A DNA stretch of 63,706 nucleotides, counting the filler, from Octopus bimaculoides (taxonomy: Eukaryota), in assembly GCF_001194135.2 (NCBI RefSeq). It is 6 parts of 5 records of this genome, joined end to end, with 100 filler letters (N's around TTAATTAATTAA, not from the genome) between each part and the next. Parts side by side here need not be neighbours in the genome. Positions count along the whole stretch, not along the records: positions 28,482 to 57,856 come from NC_068986.1; 5 more parts are not named here. One strand, 5' to 3'. Under the pieces are notes generated by a model. That model worked only from the letters and a program-made list of their open reading frames with translations. It did not search any database and was not told the origin of the DNA. A program made the position numbers and the translations under genes. Shown here in pieces: positions 40,180 to 54,480 of the stretch. Position 1 is the stretch's first letter. Every line of letters starts with the position of its first letter.

Positions 40180-41486
40180 CATTTCTTTTATTAGCCACAC
40201 AGGGCTCAACGAAGATGGGACAAATACAATGTAGAGCTTTTCTTTTTGGGAGGAGGAAGAAAAAAGAAAAAAAAAGGGGGGGTCGATCAAAAGGGATCGT
40301 AGGAAGGAAAAGGGGGTAGTTCGATCAAAAGGGATCAAAAAAAAAAAAAAAGATAGATAGATAGATAGATAGATATGTATATGTTGAGAGAGACAAACTC
40401 GCACGCACAAAAAATACGTACACATTCACAGACAGAGATACGTACATACATGCATGCATACACGTACGCATACACACGAACAGATGCATTTACACACACA
40501 ATACACAGGAAAGAATAATCAAGAAATTCTAAGATAAAAATAGAGGAAATTGTACACAGGTGTGTGAGAAGGTGGGAGGGAAGGGGAGAGTGATAGAGAA
40601 CGTGTGAGAGAGGGGGAGCATGGAGGAATGAGAAGGGAGGTGTGACATGAAACAGAATACAGAGAGGGAGGAGGGAGGAGGGAGAGTGTGGTGGGGAAGA
40701 GGAGGAGGAGATTGATGTAACAGAGTAGAGAGAGGAGGGGAAGGAGGTGTCGTGGTAGAAGGTGAAAGAGAGGAGGTGTTAGATGATATAAGAGAGGAGA
40801 AGAGGGAATGAGAGAGAGGGTGGTGCAAAGAGAGGGAGATTTGGGTGATGGAGTTGAGAGAGTGGGGGGAGGGTTTAAAGGAAGGAGGAGAGGAGTTAGA
40901 GCTGATATAGTGAAGGAGAGACGGGTAGCNNNNNNNNNNNNNNNNNNNNNNNNNNNNNNNNNNNNNNNNNNNNNNNNNNNNNNNNNNNNNNNNNNNNNNN
41001 NNNNNNNNNNNNNNNNNNNNNNNNNNNNNNNNNNNNNNNNNNNNNNNNNNNNNNNNNNNNNNNNNNNNNNNNNNNNNNNNNNNNNNNNNNNNNNNNNNNN
41101 NNNNNNNNNNNNNNNNNNNNNNNNNNNNNNNNNNNNNNNNNNNNNNNNNNNNNNNNNNNNNNNNNNNNNNNNNNNNNNNNNNNNNNNNNNNNNNNNNNNN
41201 NNNNNNNNNNNNNNNNNNNNNNNNNNNNNNNNNNNNNNNNNNNNNNNNNNNNNNNNNNNNNNNNNNNNNNNNNNNNNNNNNNNNNNNNNNNNNNNNNNNN
41301 NNNNNNNNNNNNNNNNNNNNNNNNNNNNNNNNNNNNNNNNNNNNNNNNNNNNNNNNNNNNNNNNNNNNNNNNNNNNNNNNNNNNNNNNNNNNNNNNNNNN
41401 NNNNNNNNNNNNNNNNNNNNNNNNNNNNNNNNNNNNNNNNNNNNNNNNNNNNNNNNNNNNNNNNNNNNNNNNNNNNNNNNNNNNNN

Positions 41487-41848
41487 CAACCAAATGGTTC
41501 CGGGTTCAGTCCCACTGCGTGGCACCTTGGGCGAGTGCCTTCTACTATAGCCTCGGACTGACCAAAGCCTTGTGAGTGGATTTGGTAGGCGGAAACTGAA
41601 AGAAGCCTGTCGTATATATATATGTGTGTGTGTGTGTATATGTTTGTGTGTGTGTGTGTTCCAACATCGCTTGACAACTGATGCTGGTGTGTTTACGTCC
41701 CTGTAACTTAGCGGTTCGGCATAAGTGACCGATCGAATAAGTACTGGGCTTACAAAGAATAAGTCCTGGGGTCTATTTGCTCGACTAAAGGCGGTGCTCC
41801 AGCATGGCCGCAGTCAAATGACTAAAACAAGTAAAAGAATAAAAAAAA
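41487..41848 (+). mobile_element. Family A SINE, near full length
   Basis: From the B-box to the tail CAAGTAAAAGAATAAAA; 5' end lies in a gap. Confidence 0.9.
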
Positions 41849-43089
41849 GTCCTTAGCATTTGCTGAATGACGGACGAGTTTGATGCAGCAGGCCTTAGTT
41901 ACGTCCATTGCCGCCATGTTGGTTCGTCTGCAATCACAGATTGTCGAATATCCAGGTGCTTCTTGAAGACATTTCCATCCACTCAATATAGATCTCTCAG
42001 TTTTTTTTTTGTTTTTTTTTTGCAAGATATCGGGAAGCTGCGGGCTTTTGAATCCTGGCCTCTTGTGGTATGGTTCTGATTTTCGACGGCGGGAGTGGGA
42101 CATTCGGAACTAAGCAGTGACAGCCAGTTTTATGACTGCCCTGCCCCTCTCCGTACAGAATACATACATAAATGCACATCTCTCTCCCTCCCTCTCTCTC
42201 TCTCTATATATATATATTTGTTTACTATCCCGTTTAGGTATGATCAATTGGTCAACAAAATAAGTACCCCATCTGGTGAGAGATAAATACTGTCTAATGT
42301 ACGCAGTATATAGTTATGAGCAATAATAGTTTCATACACTGAAGATATTATCTAGGCAGGTTATAAAACATGCCTAGTGTCTCCGAATAATTTTGACTCT
42401 GGCCACATGGCCTATACAAGATACAAATCAAAACAATAGAACAAGAGAAATCACGGGAAAAAAAAGCGAAATGAAGGTGGGTTCAAACAGTGGAATTGTG
42501 AAAAAATAAAACGGAAAAGAAAAGTAAAAAAAATAGAATTAGAATTATTTCCCTTTTGACCGTTGAGTCGTAAGACTAGATGGTGTAAAATCAACGGAAG
42601 GATCTAAAATCTGTAGTACAGCTGCTCAACCCGGGGAGGGTGTGTTCTCCAATTCTTCGATAGAAACTTGTCCATATGTTTGCATTTGCTAAACATTTCT
42701 GATTTGGAGTTCAGCAGTGCGGTGGAATCCTAAGATCTGAATGGGATATGCAATCTTTCGGCGAGCATAAATTGCATTTTTGCTTTTGTTCCATTAACAT
42801 ATGGCATGAGTTTTTGTACGGATTTAAGTTGGTTAGTCAATTTAGTAGCTTTGCTTTTGTCCATGTACCATAAAGAAGATAGGTGGTTAGCATACCGACT
42901 TTTAAAGTCGCTACCGCATAACCCCACGTAATTCTTCTTTTAGGTAAGGTTATCTTGCAGTGTTGCTTTAGCTTCTGCCTCATATATGACGAGTGTTTAT
43001 CATGCCCCCCTGGTCGAGTGGACAAGCTCCAGAGTCACGGCAGTTACAGTTGTAAGTGGGTTATTTGTGGTGTTTGCGGATAAAGATGC

Positions 43090-43500
43090 TCTTCATTGTA
43101 TAGGGGCAACAGCTATATGATAATTTAACAGACACTCAATTTTTCCCCGGAGTGGGAAAAAGAGAAGATAACAGTCCATTAAACAATTGATCACTTCTGA
43201 GAGTCAGTTTTTTTTTCCGTTTATCAACGTTGATGGGGAAGAAGAGAGGTTTAGCAATTGCAGTCCTTCCATTGTGTCCAGCTTTATGGAGCTCGCGGCG
43301 AACAGTTGCCAAGTAATGGTTTAGCTCTGTTATTACTTTTGCTGCCGTAGTCCGATGGTTTGTAGAGGCAATATATTTCACCATTCTATGGTCCCTGTCT
43401 GTGAACTTTGCCTTCCGTCCAGCATTATCCCTGCCAGAGCTGGTTTAACCTTGGTTAATACTAACATGATTTTAAAGACTGAACCGCTCGAAACCTTTTT
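43090..43500 (-). mobile_element. Tc1-type transposase relic
   Basis: NAGRKAKFTDRDHR, HRTTAAKVITELN, TVRRELHKAGHNGRTAIAKPL, FPTPG: Tc1 HTH region and start of the DDE domain. Confidence 0.75.
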
Positions 43501-43865
43501 TCACTGCAGCAGTTTTATTGACTAAAATTCCGACCACAGCGCTCCAACAATTTGTCCGTTTTGGAAATCTGATAGGTCACGCATTTTAACTTATTTAGAT
43601 ATAAATATCTAAAAAAAAAGAAAAAAAGAAGAAAAAAGAGGACTGTATCATGAGCTGAAGAAGGTATCCATAATGTCTTGTCTATTATATCGGGTTTCCC
43701 AAATGTGACGGCGTCGCTTTTCTTCTCACTTCGAGACACGACTTATTTCAATTAGTACCAAAACAAATTTTGTCTGGAGTGCTTATAAAAAGGACTCTAA
43801 CTACCTAAACAAAATGCTTAACAGGATTTCGTCCGTCTTGCGTTCTGAATTCAAATTTCGCTTGT

Positions 43866-44420
43866 GTAATCGCGTTGTGCCAATTTCCGGTATTCGCTAA
43901 CGATGTGCCATACAGTTTCACCCCTCTCGCCACACTCTCTGCATTTGTCGCTCTCGGTAGAGTTGTCGATTCTGCACTTCACATAGTTAGTCCTTAACGC
44001 TTGTTCTTGTGCTGCGCATGTAAGTACTTCTGTCTCTATCTTCAAGTCACTCCTCCTCATCTATAGCCACCTGTCTTCTGTATCTGTCTTGGCGTTCGTA
44101 TCTCTTGTAAACTGGCCGTACATTTTTTTCTCCTTCCATACTGTTTCTTTTTTGTATGTTCTTTCTCTCTCTAAGTTTTTTTTTCTTCACACAATTACCA
44201 GTTTTAATGACGCCGACCTTCTTCACATGTTTCGACGACGGTTTGTATTTACAGGGAGAGGAAATTACGTTTAAAATGTGAGATACCCATTCGAATATCT
44301 TCTGCAATTCTCTTATTTGGGGCTGCTAGGAATTTGATCTATATGGTTGCTTGCTCTTTTTGATATCATTCCGAGATCCTCAGATGTCACACTTGGACTG
44401 TAATGTGTTGCAAACATATG
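43866..44420 (-). mobile_element. R4/Dong-like LINE C-terminal fragment with CCHC-type zinc knuckle
   Basis: LKIETEVLTCAAQEQALRTNYVKCRIDNSTESDKCRECGERGETVWHIVSEYRKLAQRDY. Confidence 0.8.
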
Positions 44421-45184
44421 CAGACAAAAGTTTAGCTTCAGTTTTTTCACGTAGTACTTTAGCAAGATCATAGATTGGTATTCTATCGGGTATTATTGGC
44501 TACTTAAAAAGAATGCACGACCATTTAACCTTGAATTATTTTAGCAGCTCAGAGACTAGAAGTTTGTGAGCATTTTTTGCTCTTTTAGAGATCAGGTTAC
44601 TGTCTAATCCGCTTTTCTTCGCTCTCACCAGCATCCAAGGCTTAGATGCCTTACTCTTTCTCTCCCTTTTTCTCTTTCTCTCTCTTTTTCTCTTTCTCTC
44701 TCTTTTTCTCTCTCTCTCTCCTAACTAGACACTAGCCTTGATGCAGCTTTACGAGTATAATTTCTACCAGCTTAAATATACGTACGTTATTTCCTTTTCC
44801 CGTTTTGCTAATGGCTATTTATCCGATTGCACACATTTGACTCTGCAACTTAGAAAATACTGATGATTACTTCCTACCTCAAAAACTATCCAACCTTGAA
44901 AATAAGAGTATCTGTGTGTATTCATATATGTATGTTTGTATGTATGTATGTCATTATTCAGTTTATTTCAAGATTTCTTGCCAATAAAGAGACGGTTTCT
45001 AACCTAGATCCAAGGCTCCTTCATTGGAATTTCAACATCAACAAGGTATGTATGTATGTATGTATGTATGTATGTATGTGCCGATGTGCATGCTTTACTA
45101 TGTATTCTCGTGCGTATAGTTGCATATCTAGACATGCTCATACATATTTAAATGATAAACTTCTGGAAAGTTTTACAAATTTTT

Positions 45185-45500
45185 ATGTATGTATGTATGT
45201 ATGCACCGGGACGTAGAAATATTCTGGCTGGTGTCCGAGGGCGCAATAATCCCATTAGGAGTGAGTGACCCCTGGTCTTTGTTAAGGCATCCCTCTAAGA
45301 GAAGGTTAACCCGTATTTAAAAGCTGCTGCTCTACTGGGCTGGATATCTTGCGCTTTGCTTGTCTCTGGGCTTCTTGCTATTTCAAGTAAAAGTCGTCGT
45401 GACGTTGTGCAAGCTGCACTCGACTTGAAGCTCTTGCACGGGCACAGCTCCTGTCAGCGATCACTTGTCCGCGATGGTCATGTTCGTTTAACGACTAGAC
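45185..45500 (-). mobile_element. Probable LINE 3' end with (CATA)n tail (HERO-like?)
   Basis: GC-richer segment ending in a CATA repeat tail on the minus strand; protein match weak. Confidence 0.35.
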
Positions 45501-47173
45501 AGCCACCATGTATGCACATACATTTCCAAATATATTTATGTAAGCTTTGCCTTGATTGTACATAAGATCCGTCACATCGCATGCTGAATTCTGTCCAATT
45601 CCAAATTGATATTCACAAATCACACACTGTGTAATTTTGCATTACTCTACAAATAAGATCGGAAAGGATTTATTTTCTGCGGATATGTAGGAGGAAAAAA
45701 AGGGAAAGTAATATATAATCCTTTAATGTTGTTATTCCAGTGAATATTCTTTAAATTGATGCAAGTATTATAAATATTATTAGCAAAGTTACATTTCCGA
45801 AATCTTGACCGAAGTTCTCATTCTGGGCTGAACCCTTTCCGTTCTTCCAAGTTTCTTTAACTGTTGTTTAGCCTTAGATCAGCTGTGGACGAATAGATCT
45901 TAGACCAAGAATCTTTCAGACTTGATCACCCCATCTTTTTCTGAGATGATCTTTTAAAAGTGTATAGAGTATTAATTTTATTTTGTTGTTTTTGCGGGAA
46001 ACTGCAGTTATTTCTTTTACAAGAGAAGCTGCAATACACACTAAATATAGATGCTAGAGTTTTTTTTTCAATAAGAATATGAGAAAACATTTCAAGTGAA
46101 GGCGATGAACTCTTTCAATCAAACATTTCAATCAAACATTTCTAATCAACACAATTTGGACGTTTCTTTGAAAGTTCTAGAAAAAGTTTTAGAAATATCA
46201 AAGTTCTAGAAAAAAAAAACAGGCAAGAAGACTCTATTTATATTTTCTTTTTTTTTTTTCTTTCATTTTCTTTAAATTAAGAAAGAAACTTGGTTGTCAT
46301 TGGGATTTTAAAAAGATAAATTATTTAAAATTTGATATAGATTTAGGTCAATAAATTTCGTTCCTAATTTAAAGAAAATGAAAAAGGAATTAAAACTATT
46401 TTTTGCACATATTTTCTCCTTCTTCGGTCAGAAAAACGGAAACATTTCTCGATGATTTTTTCAAATTTCNNNNNNNNNNTATCGGATAACTTATAACTTA
46501 CTCTGACGCCATTGTGGTGTGTTCAAAGCTATTAAAGTCGCCTGAAAGTCTTTTAAAAGTCTGGCTCACATTTCACTCAACTTAACTTCGTAAATTCTTC
46601 AGAAATTGTGTTGTCAAATTGTTGAGGGTTTTGTTTTGTTTCTCGTTTTTCTTTCTTTATTCTTTCACTTTTACAACAGATCATACAGCAACAACAACAA
46701 CAGCAACAACAACAACAGCAACAACAACAACAGCAACAACAATAAAACTCAGTCGTAATTTTTTTTTAAAAAAAGGGGGAAACAATTCGGGAAACGAAAT
46801 GAACAATTCTTTCTAATCCTCCACAAACAGCTGTTTAAAGTCGGAGTAATCTCTCTCCGTCTCTTTCTCTCTCTTTCTCATTCTTTCCTTCCATCTCTCT
46901 ATCTCTTTCCCTCTTTCTCTTTCCTTCTCTCTCTATTTCTCTCCCTCCTTCTCTCGCTCTTTTTCTCTTTCTGTCTCTCTTCCTTTCTCTCTCTCTCTAT
47001 TTCTTTCTCTCTGTTTCTCTCTCTCTGTCTCTCCTCTCTATTTCTCTTTCTCTCTCGCTCTCTGTTTCACCCCCTCTTTCTCTCTGTCTCTCGTTCCCAC
47101 TCTTTCTTTCTCCCACTCTCTCTTTCTCTCTAACTCTCTGTCTGTCTGTCGGTCTGCCTACCTGCCTGTCTTA

Positions 47174-47253
<80 letters not shown>

Positions 47254-47671
47254 TATTATGACGTTAATCCCATTCAATCCCTTCCACTGAATCCCTGAGT
47301 TCATCCTCTCCCCCTCTTACCATCCGTTTCCAGATACAAACCTTAATCGGCGACAGGGTTAAGTCATGCTTCTCTCANNNNNNNNNNNNNNNNNNNNNNN
47401 NNNNNNNNNNNNNNNNNNNNNNNNNNNNNNNNNNNNNNNNNNNNNNNNNNNNNNNNNNNNNNNNNNNNNNNNNNNNNNNNNNNNNNNNNNNNNNNNNNNN
47501 NNNNNNNNNNNNNNNNNNNNNNNNNNNNNNNNNNNNNNNNNNNNNNNNNNNNNNNNNNNNNNNNNNNNACAGGATTTCAAACCTGGCAAATCTTACAAAC
47601 ACTGATACGACGACCAGTATATTACTGGTACTTGTTATAAACAAAATAAATAGTAACTTCTGAATAATTAT

Positions 47672-47869
47672 TTCAAATTTTTGCCACAAGGGCAGGGGAT
47701 TAAGTCGATTATATCGATCCCAGTGAGTAACTGATACTTATTTAATCGACCCTGAAAGGATGAAAGGCAAAGTCGACCTCGGCGGAATTTGAACTCAGAA
47801 CGTAGCGACAGACGAAATACCGCTAAGCATTTCGCCCGGCGTGCTAACGATTCTGCCAGCTCACCGCCT
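47672..47869 (-). mobile_element. Family B SINE, young
   Basis: Intact head GGCGGTGAGCTGGCAGAATCGTTAGCACGCCGGGCG, B-box and core. Confidence 0.9.
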
Positions 47870-49064
47870 TATAAGCTCTAAATAATGATGGAATTAAAAC
47901 TGCGCTCAGTGAGTGAGGTCGATCAAGTAACCAAGTATACCCTTGCTCCAAATGTATCTGTGATTTTGTAAGAGTGATAGTAATGAGCACAAGGCCACAA
48001 ATGTTTAGAATCGATTATGTATTAACCGTAGTATATCACTGGTATATAATGGATCCATCGGAGAAGGTTTTATGTGGTCACTCGATCTGCATGCGCCTAT
48101 TGTCTTAGTAAAGAACGCACAGGTTGGATAATAGGGAGGTCATAGATCTACTTGATCAGAATTTACCTGGGGCTAAATAACAGCAGGTATTTATTTTATT
48201 GAGCCAAAAAGGATAAGAAGGATCAATTGATCATGGGGAGATTTGAACTCAGAGATCCAACCCTCAGCTAAATACAATTTGTCTGCTACTCTACTGATGT
48301 CGCCACTCGATCGATCTTACAAAAATAACTTTTCCAGCATTGGCACAAAATCACGTACATGGGGAAGAGATGCAGTGGATTACATCGACCTCATTACATA
48401 ACTGGTACTTTCATAGAGCTAACGATGGAGCCTCTGCGTAGCTGATCGATTCACTAGAAATAGCAACAAAATCTCCCTCCGGTGAGAAAAACGTCGAAAT
48501 GGTTTCATCATAGTTCTACTCGATCAGAGTCGACTTGGGGCTAAACACCAACATCAACAACAATAACTATTTTCTTTATGGACCCTTCCACTCCACCACC
48601 TTCCTACCAGTCATCCTCAGAATCAGGAGAAGTACAGTTTTCTCAACTACAACTTGCTTATGCTCTTCAGCACCGTTGACTATTCACCAATACATCAAGC
48701 TGTTCCTGAGGAAAGGAGACATAAAAAAAATCGACAATTTGTCACGAACGGGCTGCACACACATATATGATCCAAAAATGGAGATGAGTACTAACACTCC
48801 CATGTAGCACACTTGAATAATTGTGAAGATCTCTTCACATGAAACCATCGGTTGTCTTGTTAACCCATGTGTGTGTATATGTGTGTGGTGTATGTGTGTG
48901 TGTGTGTATGCTTCAAGTTCGTTTACGGGAAACATTTTTGAGTACGAATGTAAAAGCTCTCATTTTATTATGTCGACTACGGCTTAATGATTCCAACCTG
49001 CAACAACAGTTTTATGGGATCGTATTGAGCGGTACGGACATAGATAAATATGGTAGTAGTAGTA

Positions 49065-49118
<54 letters not shown>

Positions 49119-49246
49119 GTCAAGACGAAGAGCGCGATACAATTGTATAAATGTTTTATTCGTTGAACAATATTTCGACAGTACGTCTTCGCGCTCTTCC
49201 TCTTGACTATTTACCTTCGTGAAGAGTTACGTCAATCCTTCTTAAA

Positions 49247-49300
<54 letters not shown>

Positions 49301-49595
49301 TCCATGGATGGAATTTATAAATATTTCAATGCATCGCTACGCGCGTTTCCACAAATCACGTCTTCGTCACCCTAATCCGCTTGGGATGATTACAGTCCAA
49401 TCTGTAATATCCATGAACATCAGCTTGGTCTTTGTTCACGCGTTCATTTCTACAGGTGATGATGACATTAAAACTGGAAGTAACTCATGTTCAACTGAAG
49501 GATGTTTGTCAATTTTGGCCAATCGAAAGGNNNNNNNNNNNNNNNNNNNNNNNNNNNNNNNNNNNNNNNNNNNNNNNNNNNNNNNNNNNNNNNNN

Positions 49596-49643
<48 letters not shown>

Positions 49644-49759
49644 CACAATAAGAGAAGGGAGATGAAGAGACAAAAAAGAAATGTGTTATAAAACTTCCTT
49701 TAAAGTTCTTAGATGTCAAGTTGATGGAACTGCTATGATGGTACTAAATATCCAGATTA

Positions 49760-49809
<50 letters not shown>

Positions 49810-50049
49810 AAGATAGCTGAAACGCTTTGCTCAAATGTCTGCTCAGGCAAAGTGTATCACCACATGGCACTAATCGGTAACGTCTAAAAGATTGGCGGTA
49901 AAGCTCATCCTGACCAGTTTCAAACACGGAATGCTATCGTTCTCTAACAAAATGCGTTGTTGTGTAAATATTTTTAAATGCTGAATCTTTCGATGGAAAT
50001 GAGAAAAAGCTAAGATTAGCGTCAAGCATTGCTGAAGAAGACATTCCCA

Positions 50050-50620
50050 GACTGCGGGTATAGCGAAACGAACCGTTAAAATAGTGGATGAAAGACGTCA
50101 GTTGTATCTACACTGGGTTCTCTCACCATCTTCCGTCTCGGTTTGCAGTCCTCTTGCCGTTTTAATACTGTCTCACTTTTCCAGTCACCTCTTTTGCTCA
50201 CCGCATCGCGTCACCTATGTAACAGAGAAGCCACTGAACCTGTCGCTGTTCCATAACCTCCCTCCGTCATCTTTAAATCCCAATTCCTTTTTGTTTCAAG
50301 AAAACGATTATCCTCGAGGAATTAAGTCTCAGTTACTTGTATTCTCGGCAGCCTTGCAATACCTTTCTGTGCTGCCACTCATCGCTTCTCATGTTCTTGA
50401 CATCCATTATTCCCTCTCTTACTATTATCCATCCTTGTTAATATACATCAATCGATTACTTCCTCACCCGCAAACATTTAGCTACCATCACTGTCGTACA
50501 TTTCTCACTCCCGTTAGTGTCTCTTTTCTATTACTCCACCACCTCCTTATCCCAGCCTTCAACCGCTCTGTCTCTACTATCATACTCTCACTTCATTCTG
50601 ATCGTTGTTTTTTTTCTTTT
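50050..50620 (+). mobile_element. Degraded CR1-like LINE 3' region
   Basis: KRTVKIVD..HRV..LFHNLPPS resembles RA.KLI..HP..V..LWNSLP; Ser/Leu-rich drifted frame. Confidence 0.3.
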
Positions 50621-51182
50621 TGCACTCCTGGTCACATGACCTCGAACAAAACAAAGACACGGAAAAGTACCAAGAATACATTAGCCTTGTGAGAGTGACT
50701 TTATTAGTGATGGTACTATGATAAAAGGTACCCAGTCTACTTTGTAAAGCGAATGATAAATGAATGGAGCCAACATATGGTTAAGAAGACCTTTTAATCT
50801 CACCAAGGACACAACGCCTTGTCCAGTGTTGACGCCACGATAAACTGTATACTGCATACTCTGTACCTTAGGTGACGTTAGGAAGAGCATCCAGCCATAG
50901 AAACCAGTGATGTGTATCACTTCGTTCCTTCAACTCTTCTTCGCTTGCTTTGTTCCTATCTTTATTTATTCGACTCGTATTTTATCCAGACATCCAATCA
51001 GATTTAGTTTTAGCCTTTAACTCTCTCTTTTCCTGATATACCGTTTTTGCCTCTTTCTTCTTGCTTTTCATTATCTTTTTCATAATGCTTAATTTTTAAG
51101 AATCCGTCAGAACTCTTTCAAAACTCTTTTCATTCTCATTTTCACCTCGTTTTCTTTACATCAAATTTTTCATCTTTTTTAT

Positions 51183-51383
51183 TCTTTTACTTATTTCACT
51201 CGTTAGACTGCGACCATGCTGGGGCACCGCCTTTAAGGGTTTAGCCGAACAACTCGAGCCCCATTAGTTCTTTTCTTAGCCTTGTACTTATTCTAACGAT
51301 CTCTTTTTATACCAAACCGCTAAGTTATGGGCATGTAAACAAACCAACACCGGTTGTCAGGTGAAGCGGGGGACAAAACAAAG

Positions 51384-51400
<17 letters not shown>
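51183..51400 (-). mobile_element. Family A SINE 3' half
   Basis: GACTGCGACCATGCTGGGGCACCGCC..CCGCTAAGTTATGG. Confidence 0.7.
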
Positions 51401-51415
<15 letters not shown>

Positions 51416-52086
51416 GCCAGCCTCTTTAGAGACCGAGAAACAGGTGCAATAGAGACATAAATGGTTGTGATGAGAAGGATGTAGATCGGTAAGAGAACTA
51501 AGAAACGGAGCGGTAAGAGAACTAAGTAGTTTGGAATGGGTATGTATACTCAAGGCTGAGATGTCAGGGAGATAACAGGAGTCTGTGTAGGATAGAGCAA
51601 TGACAAAAGCTATGTATGGCATGAGTGTGGGAAGCGAGAGAGAGAGAGAGACACACACACACAGACATGGATGTGGCATGCATGACAGTGATATGGGCGA
51701 TGGATGAATGACAGGGAGGTGTGGTGTGAGAGATGAAGGATAGATGGGTGAGGAGCAAGGGGTTAGAGAAGGTCAATGATGCAGAGGTACAGAAGATAGT
51801 AAGCAGTTGTGTGTGTGTGTGTGTGTGTATGTGCATGCATGTGTGTGTGTGTGTTTACACAACAGCAGTGAACAGTGAGAGTGAGTGCTTAACAATACAT
51901 AAATATATTCTTAGTTTGTAGATTTACAATGCTACCATTGGTTTCATGTGTAAACATCACAGTTATCTAGTGTTCTGCACAGAAATAAGGGTAATCCATC
52001 TTGGTTTTGGATAAGGCTTTACTCGATATATTGTGATATCTTCACGTAAAACTAAAGTTAGCACTGTAAACCCACAAACAAAGAAA

Positions 52087-52121
<35 letters not shown>

Positions 52122-52123
<2 letters not shown>

Positions 52124-52499
52124 AGAAAAAATAATAATAAAGTACTCAGATATATGGATGGTTGTACATTTACAGATTTTTATTATGTCACATGTTTTAT
52201 AAATATTAGCGCTTGCACCTATTCTTGTAGGTTTTTCAAATATGATTTCACTTTCAGAGGATGTCTCTTTTTATAGTATTATTGAATGTGTAGGAGTAGA
52301 GAGAGATATATAGGATAGTAAAAGAGGGTGAGGAATGGAGGGAAAAGTAAGAGAGAATGTGTGTGTGTTTTTGTGTGTGTGAGTGTTTTTGTGTTGGTGT
52401 GTATGTGTGTGTGTATTTATAAAACATGTGACATATTAATAAAAATCTGTAATGTACAACCATCCAGATATCTGAGCATCTTATTATTATTTTTTCTAA
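52122..52499. mobile_element. MITE-like element with ~84-bp imperfect terminal inverted repeats
   Basis: 52122-52205 is the approximate reverse complement of 52414-52499. Confidence 0.65.
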
Positions 52500-52534
52500 T
52501 ATATAATTCCTGTAATCACTTCCAAACCTTCCAA

Positions 52535-52580
<46 letters not shown>

Positions 52581-53385
52581 CCTCCTGCATAAATATATAC
52601 ACATGCCTTAAGAAGAACGACCTTAAGTGGTATGTCAACAAGTTAGAAATAGGATCCAAATCACCTTTAAATGACAATTTGCTGTCTTAAAAATCAAAAT
52701 GTAAAAAGACAGATAATGCAGTTCAACTGTTTGAATAAAGACTAGATGGTCATGCTTGGAACATTTTTTTTTATAAATCTTTTAAATCTAGGCTGATCAA
52801 AGAATAAAAATGAACACAAACAACAACACCTGGAAATTGGTTGGTCAAAAGGTGTATTTTTTCTCTCCTCCTTTGTTAACATGTCACATGATTATTAAAA
52901 GGAAAAACAAACAACAACAATAGTACCTTCATTACTGCAATCAAATTTATTGTTTCCAATAAAAATTCAAAGAGAAAAAATATTTAAAAAAATAGAAGAG
53001 TATTATTGAGTTTTTAAATACAGAATAAAAATTGTCAGCAAAATTGTTGCAACAGACAAGGGCAGATCCTGTAAGCTACCCTGGCTGTGGTAATAGACGA
53101 GGTACATTTGAGAGGTACCCACTACATTAATGAAACCGGTATTTATTGGCAGACAGCTAATTAAAATTAGACCAATAATTAGTGGAGATAAGTTTCAGAA
53201 CAGCACACCTGCCATAGAAATTTCTGATATATATATATATATATATGATACTTTTTTTACATGAGGGTAACACGCTGAAATTTTGAAGTCCCTGTCTTCT
53301 TGTTAAACAATAATAAATATGTACTCGAAAAGTACTGAGTAATTCATCAGTTTTGTGTTATATTGTTTTAGTTATACCTTGACAT

Positions 53386-53456
<71 letters not shown>

Positions 53457-54480
53457 CATATGTACACATGTATAACACATACACACACATATATAAACGA
53501 AATGTTCTTCTTGGAGAAAGAAAACCAAACCATAAAGAAAAGCAACAAGAGACGTTAACAAATCTCAGAGAAAAAGGGGAGATAATTTCAAGAAATTTAA
53601 AATAAATTTCACAAAATTAATTTATGCCCTAATTGAGAGAATAAGACAACAATCAGATTTTCCCCTAAAAATCTCTCTATAGTTAAGAGGAAAATTTACA
53701 TTAATTGTGAATTCTTTATGTATAGTAATGAGTAAATCATCCTTCCCTTTAACCAGATTTATCTTAATTAACATCATCAGGCTACTGGAGTTATTTTCCT
53801 TAACACTTCATTTTTAGTTCTAATATATATGAGTCTATGCATGTACAAGTGTGTATGTTTATATATATAGCTAAATCCATGTATCTCCATACATATATAT
53901 GTGTGAATTTGTCTGCTTCTCTATGTGCTCATTTGTCTATGAGCATATATCTGCATATTTGTGTGCATATATATATATGTGCATTGGATGTATTTACGTA
54001 TATACAGATGTGCTTATCTACACCAATACATATGTAGATTTGCTTGCATAAGGATATCTGTGTGTACATACAAGCATACATTTATGGATACATATGAGTC
54101 GGTTTTTATATCTATCCCCCACCCCATTCCATCTAGATAGATATATTTATGCATCTGCCTGTCTATCACTACATCTACACTTCAATATCTGTATCAATCA
54201 TTGTCCTGCTACAGCTGACACCAGATTCCCCTCCTACAAACAAACATATGGCTCTGAATTCCACTTCTCACATAACCACACATTTCCTCCCATAAATTTA
54301 TTCATCACTTTATCCCACCCTCTGATCTCCGTTGTATCCAAAACAAATTCAACCATTCTAAAACTTTTTACTCACATTCAAACCAAATGACTCCCCCACC
54401 TCCACCCACACACACCATTTAATCTATATTTGGCCTTCTCAGTCATGATGGTCTCCATTAAACAGTTTTGTAAATCCATG

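Noticed and set aside
2206-41677. Long ORFs of 100-396 aa in the track (YI, VC, HT, LS repeats, X runs)
   Set aside because: Translations of microsatellites and N gaps, which lack stop codons.
46680-46745. PolyQ exon after a strong polypyrimidine acceptor
   Set aside because: CAA/CAG microsatellite ending in a stop; no support.
53056-53101. Possible upstream PRODH exon TRADPVSYPGCGNRR
   Set aside because: Does not align to the animal PRODH sequence I recall; weak donor.
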